From NCBI RefSeq assembly GCF_018336915.1, contig NZ_CP064923.1:5849946-5881945 (forward strand): a DNA stretch of 32,000 nucleotides, read 5' to 3'. Shown here piece after piece: positions 7,378-15,357 of this stretch. This stretch comes from Acaryochloris marina S15 (GTDB lineage Bacteria > Cyanobacteriota > Cyanobacteriia > Thermosynechococcales > Thermosynechococcaceae). Both the position numbers and the translations under genes were made by a program. Numbering within the stretch: the stretch's first letter is position 1; every line of letters begins with the position of its first letter. The notes under the pieces are model-generated. The model ran no database searches and was not told the origin of the DNA. It saw only the letters and a list, made by a program, of their open reading frames with translations.

Positions 7378-7407
7378 GTGACAGGTTATGTAACAGAAAT
7401 TTACATA
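7378..7407 (+). promoter_or_regulatory. Orphan HLR1-like promoter element with no ORF directly downstream
   Basis: GTGACAGG(7378-7385)-4-GTAACAGA(7390-7397)-2-TTTACATA(7400-7407). GTGACA-N18-TACATA could serve as -35/-10. The next 240 bp are AT-rich and hold no ORF longer than 29 codons before the pgr5 promoter. Confidence 0.35.
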
Positions 7408-7649
7408 CCGGCAGTCTATGGTGTTAGTCGGGAACCTTAGGTTTTTGGTTTTACCAGGGAGATTGAGTGTTAAACAGAGCCGACTATATTATGCTGATTC
7501 ATCCTTTTATTGATTTTTTCCGTATAAATATGTCTTTATCTCGAAATAGATTAGATTTACAGCTTTATAAGCCTATTTAATTTCTTTTTTGAGATCTATT
7601 AAGCCTGGATGAATTCAATACCACCAGTTTTAAATACTCGCAACTTTTG

Positions 7650-7698
7650 TTGACATTCTGTTACAAAACAATTAACATGGTTAACATAACGTTACACA
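7650..7698 (+). promoter_or_regulatory. HLR1-like repeat array overlapping the pgr5 core promoter
   Basis: TTGACATT(7650-7657)-2-GTTACAAA(7660-7667)-4-TTAACATG(7672-7679)-1-TTAACATA(7681-7688)-2-GTTACACA(7691-7698). TTGACA-N17-TAACAT reads as -35/-10. The repeats are more degenerate than the hli sites, but the spacing pattern is the same. Confidence 0.55.
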
Positions 7699-7710
7699 AA
7701 AGAATTCACC

Positions 7711-7908
7711 ATGTTTGCTCCCCTCGTCGTGCTAGCCCGCAACATTGTCGGTCAACCCAGATTTATCAAACTCCGGGGGAAAGCCATTGCCCTGCATTCA
7801 AAAGCGATTACCAATGTCTGTAATCAGATTGGTATTGATCGGAGTCGTCGTCAGGGTTGGATTCGACTAGCACGCGATAACGGCAAACGTCTTGGCTTGC
7901 TGGCCTAA
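7711..7908 (+). CDS. pgr5: PGR5-like protein (proton gradient regulation 5; cyclic electron flow around PSI), 65 aa
   Basis: MFAPLVVLARNIVGQPRFIKLRGKAIALHSKAITNVCNQIGIDRSRRQGWIRLARDNGKRLGLLA is colinear with the remembered mature Arabidopsis PGR5 (GLFAPLVVVTRNLVGKKRFNQLRGKAIALHSQVITEFCKSIGADAKQRQGLIRLAKKNGERLGFLA) and with Synechocystis Ssr2016. Confidence 0.88.
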   Translation: MFAPLVVLARNIVGQPRFIKLRGKAIALHSKAITNVCNQIGIDRSRRQGWIRLARDNGKRLGLLA

Positions 7909-8117
7909 AGGATGAGTCAGCGTGATGCCCATCTCCCTCCTAGAGCAGAGGCGCAATCACCAAACTGGCTTCATTCTTACAAAGAGCCGCATCCCTTTCT
8001 GTAACTCAGCGCTACAACCGTTCAAACTTCTACTTTTGGGTGGCTCATCTTCCGGGTAATTCAAGATTTTTCACTTGCTTGAACCATCCTGATCATTCTT
8101 TAACTAAGGACATTCTC

Positions 8118-10031
8118 ATGCCTGTAAACGATAAACCTCGACGCCCACGGCCAAGCCTTCTCAGCTCGATTTTGCTGGTGCTGCCTTTGGTGTTAATAGT
8201 GGTCAATTTAGTCTTGACCTTTGGTAATGGTCCGCGCGTCTCTAAAGTGCCCTACAGCTTTTTCATCGAGCAAGTTCAGGATGAGCAGGTGGCTCGGGTC
8301 TCCGTTGGCCAAGACATCATTCGTTATCAGATGAAAGATATGGATGGAAACTCCGGGCAAGTTCAAGAAACCACCCCTATCTTCGACCTAGAACTCCCCA
8401 AACTTCTCGAATCCAAAGGCGTTGAATTCGCCGCTACCCCTCCTGCTGGAAATCGCTGGTTCACCACCTTACTGAGCTGGGTGATTCCTCCCGTGATCTT
8501 CGTTGCCATTTTTCAATTCTTTAGCCGTGGTGGCATGGGTGGCGGTGGTCCCCAAGGTGCCCTCTCCGTGACCAAGAACAAAGCCAAAGTCTACGTCGAA
8601 GGCGATGACAATAAAGTCACCTTTGATGATGTTGCTGGTGTCGAAGAATCCAAAGCCGAACTCGAAGAAATTGTTGAGTTCCTCCAGTCTCCCAAGCGCT
8701 TCACTGATATCGGAGCCAAAATTCCCAAAGGTGTCTTACTCGTAGGCCCTCCTGGAACCGGTAAAACTTTGATGGCCAAAGCTGTCGCCGGTGAAGCAGG
8801 GGTTGCCTTCTTCAGTATCTCGGGTTCAGAATTTGTAGAACTATTTGTCGGTACCGGTGCAGCCCGAGTCCGGGACTTGTTTGAACAAGCGAAGAAGAAA
8901 GCCCCCTGCATTATCTTTATTGACGAATTGGATGCCATTGGTAAATCTCGGTCTGGTGGAAATGGCTTCGTTGGTGGTAATGATGAGCGGGAACAAACTC
9001 TCAACCAACTCTTAACAGAAATGGATGGTTTTGGGGCAGGCGATGCCACGGTTATCGTCTTAGCTGCAACGAACCGTCCTGAAACTTTAGACCCTGCCCT
9101 ATTACGTCCCGGTCGATTTGACCGTCAAGTACTGGTAGACCGTCCTGATCTCACAGGTCGTCTAGCTATCTTGGAAATCTATGCCAAGAAGGTGAAGCTC
9201 GGTGAGAATGTTGACCTCAAGGCTATGGCCACTCGTACTCCTGGGTTTGCAGGCGCTGACTTAGCCAACTTGGTTAATGAAGCGGCACTACTCGCTGCCC
9301 GACGAGGGAACAAGGTAGTGGAGACCCAAGACTTTGCGGAAGCAATTGAGCGAGTAGTAGCGGGTCTAGAGAAGAAGAGCCGCGTGCTCAACGAGAAAGA
9401 GAAGAAGATTGTGGCTTACCACGAAGTCGGCCATGCCTTAGTCGGAGCCAAGATGTCAGGTTCGGATCAAGTGGAGAAGATTTCCATTGTTCCTCGCGGT
9501 ATGGCTGCACTAGGTTACACGTTGCAAGTGCCTACGGAAGATCGGTTCTTGTTGAATGAGGCTGAACTTCGAGGTCAGATTGCGACTCTACTGGGTGGAC
9601 GAGCAGCTGAGGAAGTCATCTTCGGTAGTATCACGACGGGTGCTTCTAATGATTTACAAAGAGCGACGGATCTAGCGGAGCAGATGGTGACGTCCTACGG
9701 CATGAGCGAGGTGTTAGGACCCCTTGCTTATGACAAGGGTCAGCAGAATAATTTCCTCGGTGGGGGAATGAATGCTCGTCGTGCAGTCAGTGATGAGACG
9801 GCTAAGGAGATAGATAAGGAGGTTAAGGGTATTGTGGAGACGGCTCATCAAGAAGCGCTCACTATCCTCAAGGGAAATAAGGAGCTGTTGGAGATGATTT
9901 CTGAGCAGTTGCTGGAGAAGGAAGTGATTGAGGGAGATGGTCTCAGAGAAATGCTGGCTAAGGTGCATCCTGAAACCCATGTGCAGTCTGAGCAGCATGT
10001 TCAAGAGACTGAAGAGCCTCTAGCTGTCTAA
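8118..10031 (+). CDS. ftsH: ATP-dependent zinc metalloprotease FtsH
   Basis: N-terminal transmembrane segments, Walker A (GPPGTGKT), Walker B (IIFIDELDA), second region of homology ([20 protein letters not shown]) and the zinc motif HEVGHAL. I prefer the ATG at 8118 (MPVNDKPRR), which is preceded by AAGGA, over the track's GTG at 8040. Confidence 0.95.
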   Translation: MPVNDKPRRPRPSLLSSILLVLPLVLIVVNLVLTFGNGPRVSKVPYSFFIEQVQDEQVARVSVGQDIIRYQMKDMDGNSGQVQETTPIFDLELPKLLESKGVEFAATPPAGNRWFTTLLSWVIPPVIFVAIFQFFSRGGMGGGGPQGALSVTKNKAKVYVEGDDNKVTFDDVAGVEESKAELEEIVEFLQSPKRFTDIGAKIPKGVLLVGPPGTGKTLMAKAVAGEAGVAFFSISGSEFVELFVGTGAARVRDLFEQAKKKAPCIIFIDELDAIGKSRSGGNGFVGGNDEREQTLNQLLTEMDGFGAGDATVIVLAATNRPETLDPALLRPGRFDRQVLVDRPDLTGRLAILEIYAKKVKLGENVDLKAMATRTPGFAGADLANLVNEAALLAARRGNKVVETQDFAEAIERVVAGLEKKSRVLNEKEKKIVAYHEVGHALVGAKMSGSDQVEKISIVPRGMAALGYTLQVPTEDRFLLNEAELRGQIATLLGGRAAEEVIFGSITTGASNDLQRATDLAEQMVTSYGMSEVLGPLAYDKGQQNNFLGGGMNARRAVSDETAKEIDKEVKGIVETAHQEALTILKGNKELLEMISEQLLEKEVIEGDGLREMLAKVHPETHVQSEQHVQETEEPLAV

Positions 10032-10059
10032 AACGTTCCACTGATAAATTCCTTTGATT

Positions 10060-10089
10060 GCCCTCTGCACAGCAGAGGGCATTTTTTTT
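10060..10089 (+). terminator. Rho-independent terminator of ftsH
   Basis: GCCCTCTGC-aca-GCAGAGGGC followed by A-T8 (10082-10089). Confidence 0.8.
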
Positions 10090-10102
10090 GCGCTTGAGCT
10101 GC

Positions 10103-10825
10103 TCAAGTTCTAGCTAAAATGGCATCGACTGCAGCTGCATTGAAGGGGAGCTGAAGAATTTGACCATTGAGAGCAAAGAAAGGTGTCCCGGTGATACCAA
10201 GTTGTTGGGCAAGGGCTAAGTCAGCATCGATTGCTTTTGTGGCGGCAACACTGTTGCGATCGCGATCAAACTGCGCCAGATCCAACTGCAGTTGCTGTGC
10301 AATATCGGTGTAGAGCTTGTCCCCTAATTCCTCTTGGCGGGCAAAGAGGGCATCATGATAAGACCAAAACTGCCCCTGTTGCTGAGCCGCCCAAGCGGCC
10401 TGAGCGGCGGGCAGGGCCTGATCGTGAATCGCCTGAAGAGGGAGATGTTTGTAAGTGAAAGTAAACTGGTCAGGATTTTGCTTTAAATAGGCTTGGACAT
10501 CGTTTGCCGCTTGGGCACAAAACGGACATTGAAAATCGGAGAATTCTACCAATAGGTTGGGGTTATTCTGAGCGCCAGTAGTGGGTGAGTTGCCGACTAG
10601 AACATTAGCGTTAAGCTGCTGGATGGCAGCTTGCTGGGCTTGTTGCTGGGCCTGTTTTTGATTCTGTTGGTAAGTTTGCACCGATTCAATAATGACTTCG
10701 GGGTGATTACGAAGGATCTGGAGAACCTGCTCTTCTAGGTTGTCTACGGCTAAGCCTGGAGTGCTCCAACCAAGCCATAGGCAAAGACTCAGCAGTCCCA
10801 TTGCTATGAATCGAAGTGATTGCAT
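10103..10825 (-). CDS. DsbA-family thiol:disulfide oxidoreductase (periplasmic or lumenal, thioredoxin fold)
   Basis: Signal peptide (MQSLRFIAMGLLSLCLWLGWSTPGLA), CxxC active site (FQCPFCAQ), and a C-terminal GTPFF motif typical of DsbA-like proteins. A Gln-rich linker follows the signal peptide. ATG with a GAAGGGGG SD. Confidence 0.85.
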   Translation of the reverse strand: MQSLRFIAMGLLSLCLWLGWSTPGLAVDNLEEQVLQILRNHPEVIIESVQTYQQNQKQAQQQAQQAAIQQLNANVLVGNSPTTGAQNNPNLLVEFSDFQCPFCAQAANDVQAYLKQNPDQFTFTYKHLPLQAIHDQALPAAQAAWAAQQQGQFWSYHDALFARQEELGDKLYTDIAQQLQLDLAQFDRDRNSVAATKAIDADLALAQQLGITGTPFFALNGQILQLPFNAAAVDAILART

Positions 10826-10996
10826 TGTGCCCCCTTCTATTGGTTTTAGAGAATAATAGCGTGATTTTTACCATTATCAGCAGTTGCACCTTGAGGCCCT
10901 TTGAGGCTGTGTGGGATGGAGTGTGCACTCAATGATCCAGAGAAACACCATCAATGAAGCGTAAAGGCTGTGAGTAGGTGTGTACACCTAAAATCT

Positions 10997-12301
10997 CTAT
11001 AAATGAACGGTGTTTATGGGACTGAGAAAACTACGCAATTGCCTGCCTATCGCCTCAATGGAGAACAATGATTGTGCTCGTTGATAAGCTTGATAGGCGA
11101 ATTGCAACCGCAAGGCATCATCCTCTAAAAGTTGGCCCATCGCGGCAGCCAGGGAATGAGGATCTTCGACGGGTACCACTACTCCACCTGGATCAGCACC
11201 GCTGATAACAGCTTCTGAAACACCTGGAACATCTGTAGCCACTACTGGTAATTGGCAAGCCATTGCCTCAATGAGAGCAACTGCAAATCCTTCATGGCGT
11301 GAGGGCAACACATACAGATCGGCAGCGACCAGATAGTTGCGAATCGTGGGCTTATCAAGGATGTATTCGTTGACCCAATGTATGTTGGCCATTTGTGTAT
11401 CATCCAGTAACTGTTGCAGTGTGTCTGCATCGCTACCCGTACCCACCAGCAATAATTGCAAATCTCGGGTTGGATGATCTTGACACAGACATTGCCAGGC
11501 TTGTAGTAAGACATCTAATCCCTTGCGGTGTAGATCGACTCGTCCATGCCAAGCCACGACTTGAGCATCAGTCGCAATACCAAGATGTTGACGGATCGGA
11601 GAGTCTTCTCTGGTCGCCCATTGCTCTAAATTAAGGGGATTATAAATTTTGGCAATTTTTGCTTGGGGCACGTTGTAACAGGTCATGACTCGGTTGATTT
11701 CTTGCTGAGATCCAATAATGAGTCCTGAACACGCGCGTAACGTAGTCGGGCGGACATATCTTTCTAATTGGGTAATCTGAAAATCTCCTCCCTGAAAGCT
11801 AGCAAAAACAGGAATATTCAGCCTTTTACCGAGCCATATGCTGATATCAAAACGGGCATATTCATATTCTTGGCAAAGAAGGGCATTGCAATGTTCTTGC
11901 TGGATTACCTTTGCTAGTGATCGCCAGGGCGTTGCCAAATAGGGGACAAGATTTCGCAGGGCAATCCACCAAGGGGATTGATGCCCAAAAGTTGCTTGAG
12001 CCGTTAATCCATAGGGATTCACCATCTGGTGACGAATCGCTAGATAAACAGAAGGAGACGGCAATGTCCAAATGACAGCACCGGTAGGTTGATGGATAGA
12101 GCGCATGGGAGAGCGGACTTGCGCAGATATACAGATTAAAACACTATGAATGTTAACCTTCTGGAGGGCTTCAATGTAGCCAAATAGCCATCCCCCTGTC
12201 ATGTCTCGTTGAAATGCTTTGAGAGAGATATCTAGCGGATCTAGAAAATCTTCAATCACATTCCCCCACGGTAAGAGGGCAATCGTTGACACGGATGTCA
12301 T
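10997..12301 (-). CDS. Glycosyltransferase family 4 (GT-B, 'group 1')
   Basis: C-terminal GT4 signature LPSRHEGFAVALIEAMACQLPVVATDVPG (EX7E region). The track start at 12313 is TTG. The ATG at 12301 overlaps the upstream stop as ATGA. Confidence 0.85.
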   Translation of the reverse strand: MTSVSTIALLPWGNVIEDFLDPLDISLKAFQRDMTGGWLFGYIEALQKVNIHSVLICISAQVRSPMRSIHQPTGAVIWTLPSPSVYLAIRHQMVNPYGLTAQATFGHQSPWWIALRNLVPYLATPWRSLAKVIQQEHCNALLCQEYEYARFDISIWLGKRLNIPVFASFQGGDFQITQLERYVRPTTLRACSGLIIGSQQEINRVMTCYNVPQAKIAKIYNPLNLEQWATREDSPIRQHLGIATDAQVVAWHGRVDLHRKGLDVLLQAWQCLCQDHPTRDLQLLLVGTGSDADTLQQLLDDTQMANIHWVNEYILDKPTIRNYLVAADLYVLPSRHEGFAVALIEAMACQLPVVATDVPGVSEAVISGADPGGVVVPVEDPHSLAAAMGQLLEDDALRLQFAYQAYQRAQSLFSIEAIGRQLRSFLSPINTVHL

Positions 12302-13035
12302 ATTTTCTGCCAAGAAATGGCAGTTTCAGTACCCATGGCATGGGGTTGATGCGACCAGTAGCCTATCCAGGTGAGTGGACTTAAGATCCAACAAACCAAT
12401 TGCCGTTGATAACCAGCCAGTTTGGAAAAAGAAATATCGTGACAGAAGACGGTCAGTGGGTTGATAAATGTCATCCAGTGACAACGAGACAGGGGAATAA
12501 GAGATTCCAACTCCGTCATAGAATATCCCTGTCGGACATGGCCCCATTCTGCCATCAGGTCTGTATCTTGAGGACAAATCATTTGCATCAATGGGTAATA
12601 GGGAAATCGCCAGTTTTCATTGGGCGTACTGATGAGTAGATAGCCGCTTGGCTTCAGCACTCTGATGGCTTCAGCGATTGCCTGTTGATGGTTGGGAATA
12701 TGTTCTAACAGATCAAACATGGTCACAGCATCAAAGGAGCCATCCTTGAACGGAAGTTCTGTAGCATCTCCACAGATATAGGTCACACGTGCTTGTTGGT
12801 TACAAGCAGAATTGGCATAGTCAGGGTTGAAGTCAATGTTAGTAATCTGGGCAGTGGGGAAGAGCATAGCGCTTAGGCCACTTTCCCCTCCTCCCACTTC
12901 TAGAATCTTGGAATAATCGGCGTCTGGAGTGATCTGATAGATTGCTCTCATTTTCTCCCGATAGAAGAAGCCTAGCGTTAAGGGTTTCGGGAATGGATTA
13001 TGCGCCAAGAAGTCGTGGAAATTCGCTTTAGACAT
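12298..13035 (-). CDS. Class I SAM-dependent methyltransferase
   Basis: Motif I ILEVGGGESG, acidic post-I residue (NIDFN), motif II/III region (FDAVTMFDLLEHI...LKPSGYLLIS). ATG start. Confidence 0.85.
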   Translation of the reverse strand: MSKANFHDFLAHNPFPKPLTLGFFYREKMRAIYQITPDADYSKILEVGGGESGLSAMLFPTAQITNIDFNPDYANSACNQQARVTYICGDATELPFKDGSFDAVTMFDLLEHIPNHQQAIAEAIRVLKPSGYLLISTPNENWRFPYYPLMQMICPQDTDLMAEWGHVRQGYSMTELESLIPLSRCHWMTFINPLTVFCHDISFSKLAGYQRQLVCWILSPLTWIGYWSHQPHAMGTETAISWQKI

Positions 13036-13042
13036 AATGTAA

Positions 13043-14305
13043 TCAATAACGGTTAGTCACTGAATCGATCGCTTCCTGGGGATGACGACGATCCAGATGT
13101 TGTGTCATCCATAGATAAGTAAAGGGTCCTAAACAACACCCTAGAAGTTCAGACCAGTAAGTGCTGTACTGCCTTTGAAACCCATTCCGAATCGCTCTGA
13201 TCAGTAAGCGTAAATAGTTGAGGGGCAGTAGGCCAACTAGTCGCCAAAGATTGCCCCAATGTCGATGTTTTTCGAACTGGATCAGCAAGGCGACAACGTG
13301 GCCTTGCATATAAGCCTGCATTTGCTGTTGGAGACCTGCAAAGGCTCGTCGATGAGAATGGTAAACGACGGCAGTCGGCAGATAGCGACAGTGCCCACCA
13401 TGAGCGAGGATCCGATACCACATTTCCGAATCCTCGCTGCACCCAGCCGCACCTGCCCCCAATCGAAGATCAAAGCCTCCAAGCTGGTTGAAAATGTCTC
13501 GCCGGAACGCCATATTCGCACCAGCACCGATATCCCAAACCGGCACAGCAGTGGCCTGATGTTGCCTAAAGAACTGCGTTTCAAAGGTGATCGGTTGATA
13601 GCCATTGTTGAGATAGCCGTAGGATAGTTCAAAAAGGCCCTGAGCATCTGTTTCTAACTCTTTGGGCAACACAATTCCAGTGACAGCCATGATCTCTGGT
13701 GAAGAGAAACCCGCACAAAGCTGCTGAAGCCAGAGGGGATGAACACAAACATCATCATCTGTAAATACAACAATGTCTCCCTGACTATGTTGAATACCCG
13801 TATTGCGAGCATGGCTCAGGCCCGGTTGTGGTTCAAGTAGATAGTGAACCCCTTCAAATTGTTGGATCAATGTCTGAGTACTGTCATCTTGAGGTGCATT
13901 ATCTACGACAATAATTTCATTTGCTGCTGAAGTGAGTTGTTGCAATGACTGCAAGCATCGTTTGAGGTACTCAGGTCGATCCCGCGTACAAATAATCAAG
14001 GAGACAGATAGATCTGAGTGAGCGGGGCTAGGGATAATATCATCTAGCGGTGCTACAAGGTCACTGACATGAGTCAGCGTCAGTTCGCAGGAACTTGTCT
14101 TTAAGTATGAGCGAACTGTTGACTGGATCGTTTGAGCGGCTAACGTCGCTAGGGCAGCATCTGATAAAGGCAATTCTTCCGGTGTAACAGTTGCATATCC
14201 CAAGGGAAGATGATGCCACCAGAAAATCAGATAAAGTGACCGTGATATTGCCCTTAACTGAGGTAAAGGGTGACTTAAATCAATATGAATAATGTCGTAT
14301 GCCAT
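13043..14305 (-). CDS. Glycosyltransferase family 2 with a ~100-aa N-terminal extension
   Basis: GT-A core: VSLIICTRDRPEYLKRCLQSL, VVDNAPQDDST, ARNTGI, DXD (FTDDDV). The ATG at 14305 shares one nucleotide with the upstream TGA (GTGATGG); GTG at 14308 is the alternative start. Paralogous to 15358..16581. Confidence 0.85.
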   Translation of the reverse strand: MAYDIIHIDLSHPLPQLRAISRSLYLIFWWHHLPLGYATVTPEELPLSDAALATLAAQTIQSTVRSYLKTSSCELTLTHVSDLVAPLDDIIPSPAHSDLSVSLIICTRDRPEYLKRCLQSLQQLTSAANEIIVVDNAPQDDSTQTLIQQFEGVHYLLEPQPGLSHARNTGIQHSQGDIVVFTDDDVCVHPLWLQQLCAGFSSPEIMAVTGIVLPKELETDAQGLFELSYGYLNNGYQPITFETQFFRQHQATAVPVWDIGAGANMAFRRDIFNQLGGFDLRLGAGAAGCSEDSEMWYRILAHGGHCRYLPTAVVYHSHRRAFAGLQQQMQAYMQGHVVALLIQFEKHRHWGNLWRLVGLLPLNYLRLLIRAIRNGFQRQYSTYWSELLGCCLGPFTYLWMTQHLDRRHPQEAIDSVTNRY

Positions 14306-15279
14306 CACTGTGACTCCTTAGGAATCGCACTGCCTAAAATAGCCTGGCGCTGAGTCGCATCCATCATCCATAATTTCCAAATGCCTTGCAGCCAGCCCCA
14401 CCAAAAGTACGCTTTGATCACGACTACTGTTTTGGATTGGTTACCCAACAGCGCTTTCATCCCTTCAAATGTCAATATTTGGAACTGTTGAATACCTTCG
14501 CGAAGAGATGCGAACCACCATTGTTGGTAAGAGTTAGCCCACAACATAGAGTCCCCGTAAAGTTTGGATGTCCCTAAAGCATGGTTAATCTGCATGAGAT
14601 AACCCGAAGATAATCGATGGCTGGGAATAATATGGTGCAATTGGCAAGTCGGAGCATACCATAAGGGACGTTTGGCACCCAGCCTTAACGCTAATTCCAC
14701 ATCTCCCCCTGATACGAGACGTTTGCCAATTCGATCTTCTAGCAATGGCTGGTCAATCCACCCTGTTTCGATCAAGGCATGGCGATTAATTACTATTCCA
14801 GCCCCGACTAAGCACTGAATGATTTTGGCTTCTGCTCCTCCTTCTTGTTCAGCGAAGGAGTAGTGAAACTGTTCGACAAAAGGAGGGGGAGCGGTTTCCC
14901 AGGACAGAATCACTCGCCCCCCAAATGCCCCACAATGAGGATGAGATTGGGCAAACTTAGCCGCTTCTGCGACCCAATTGGGTGCGATTAAGCAATCATC
15001 ATCAATGAATGCAATCCAGTCTGTTTGAGTCTGCTTGACGCCACATACTCTGGCTGGGGTCAGTCCCTGAACGGATTCGTTGACTATCGCCAGATGGTCT
15101 ATACAGCTTTGGTACTGGGATACAACAGCCTCTGTATCATCAGTACAATTGTTATTGACAACTAGAACTTGCCAATCCAGAGCTACATCAAGGGTTTGGT
15201 TTGCAATGGCATTCAGGCAGCGCGCCAATAAAGGTGCATTGTTATAGGTGCAAATCACTAAACTTAATGACAAGGACAT
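14305..15279 (-). CDS. Glycosyltransferase family 2
   Basis: LSLVICTYNNAPLLARCLNAIANQT, VVNNNCTDDT, and DXD (FIDDDC). The track start at 15330 is TTG. The ATG at 15279 (MSLSLSLVICTYN) sits right before the GT-A core. Confidence 0.8.
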   Translation of the reverse strand: MSLSLSLVICTYNNAPLLARCLNAIANQTLDVALDWQVLVVNNNCTDDTEAVVSQYQSCIDHLAIVNESVQGLTPARVCGVKQTQTDWIAFIDDDCLIAPNWVAEAAKFAQSHPHCGAFGGRVILSWETAPPPFVEQFHYSFAEQEGGAEAKIIQCLVGAGIVINRHALIETGWIDQPLLEDRIGKRLVSGGDVELALRLGAKRPLWYAPTCQLHHIIPSHRLSSGYLMQINHALGTSKLYGDSMLWANSYQQWWFASLREGIQQFQILTFEGMKALLGNQSKTVVVIKAYFWWGWLQGIWKLWMMDATQRQAILGSAIPKESQ

Positions 15280-15357
15280 AGTCTTTGAAGAAGAAGATTC
15301 CTGGATGAGTTGCCTGAGCAAGTAGCCCAATGTATTAAGAGCAAAAAAATGAATGAC

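Noticed and set aside
7491-7580. 29-codon ORF (MLIHPFIDFFRINMSLSRNRLDLQLYKPI) in the AT-rich region upstream of pgr5
   Set aside because: It has no SD, its composition is driven by AT-rich DNA, and it has no recognisable motif. I kept it only as part of the candidate non-coding region.
7973-8010. TTACAAAG and TGTAAC fragments upstream of ftsH, considered as an HLR1
   Set aside because: They do not form the 8-2-8 direct-repeat layout and are isolated hexamer-level matches.
8040-8117. GTG-initiated 26-codon N-terminal extension of FtsH
   Set aside because: The ATG at 8118 is preceded by AAGGA and starts the basic and transmembrane region typical of FtsH. The extension sequence (MAHLPGNSRFFTCLNHPDHSL) is not FtsH-like.
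8591-10004. Minus-strand ORFs inside ftsH (8591..9049, 9179..9391, 9714..10004)
   Set aside because: They are antisense shadows of a highly conserved CDS. Their Ser/Pro/Ala/Leu-rich low-complexity translations are typical of the reverse frame.
10975-10990. 16-nt palindrome TAGGTGTGTACACCTA just downstream of the GT4 stop
   Set aside because: The 2-nt centre gives a strained loop and no T-tract follows on the minus strand. The evidence is insufficient for a terminator or operator call.
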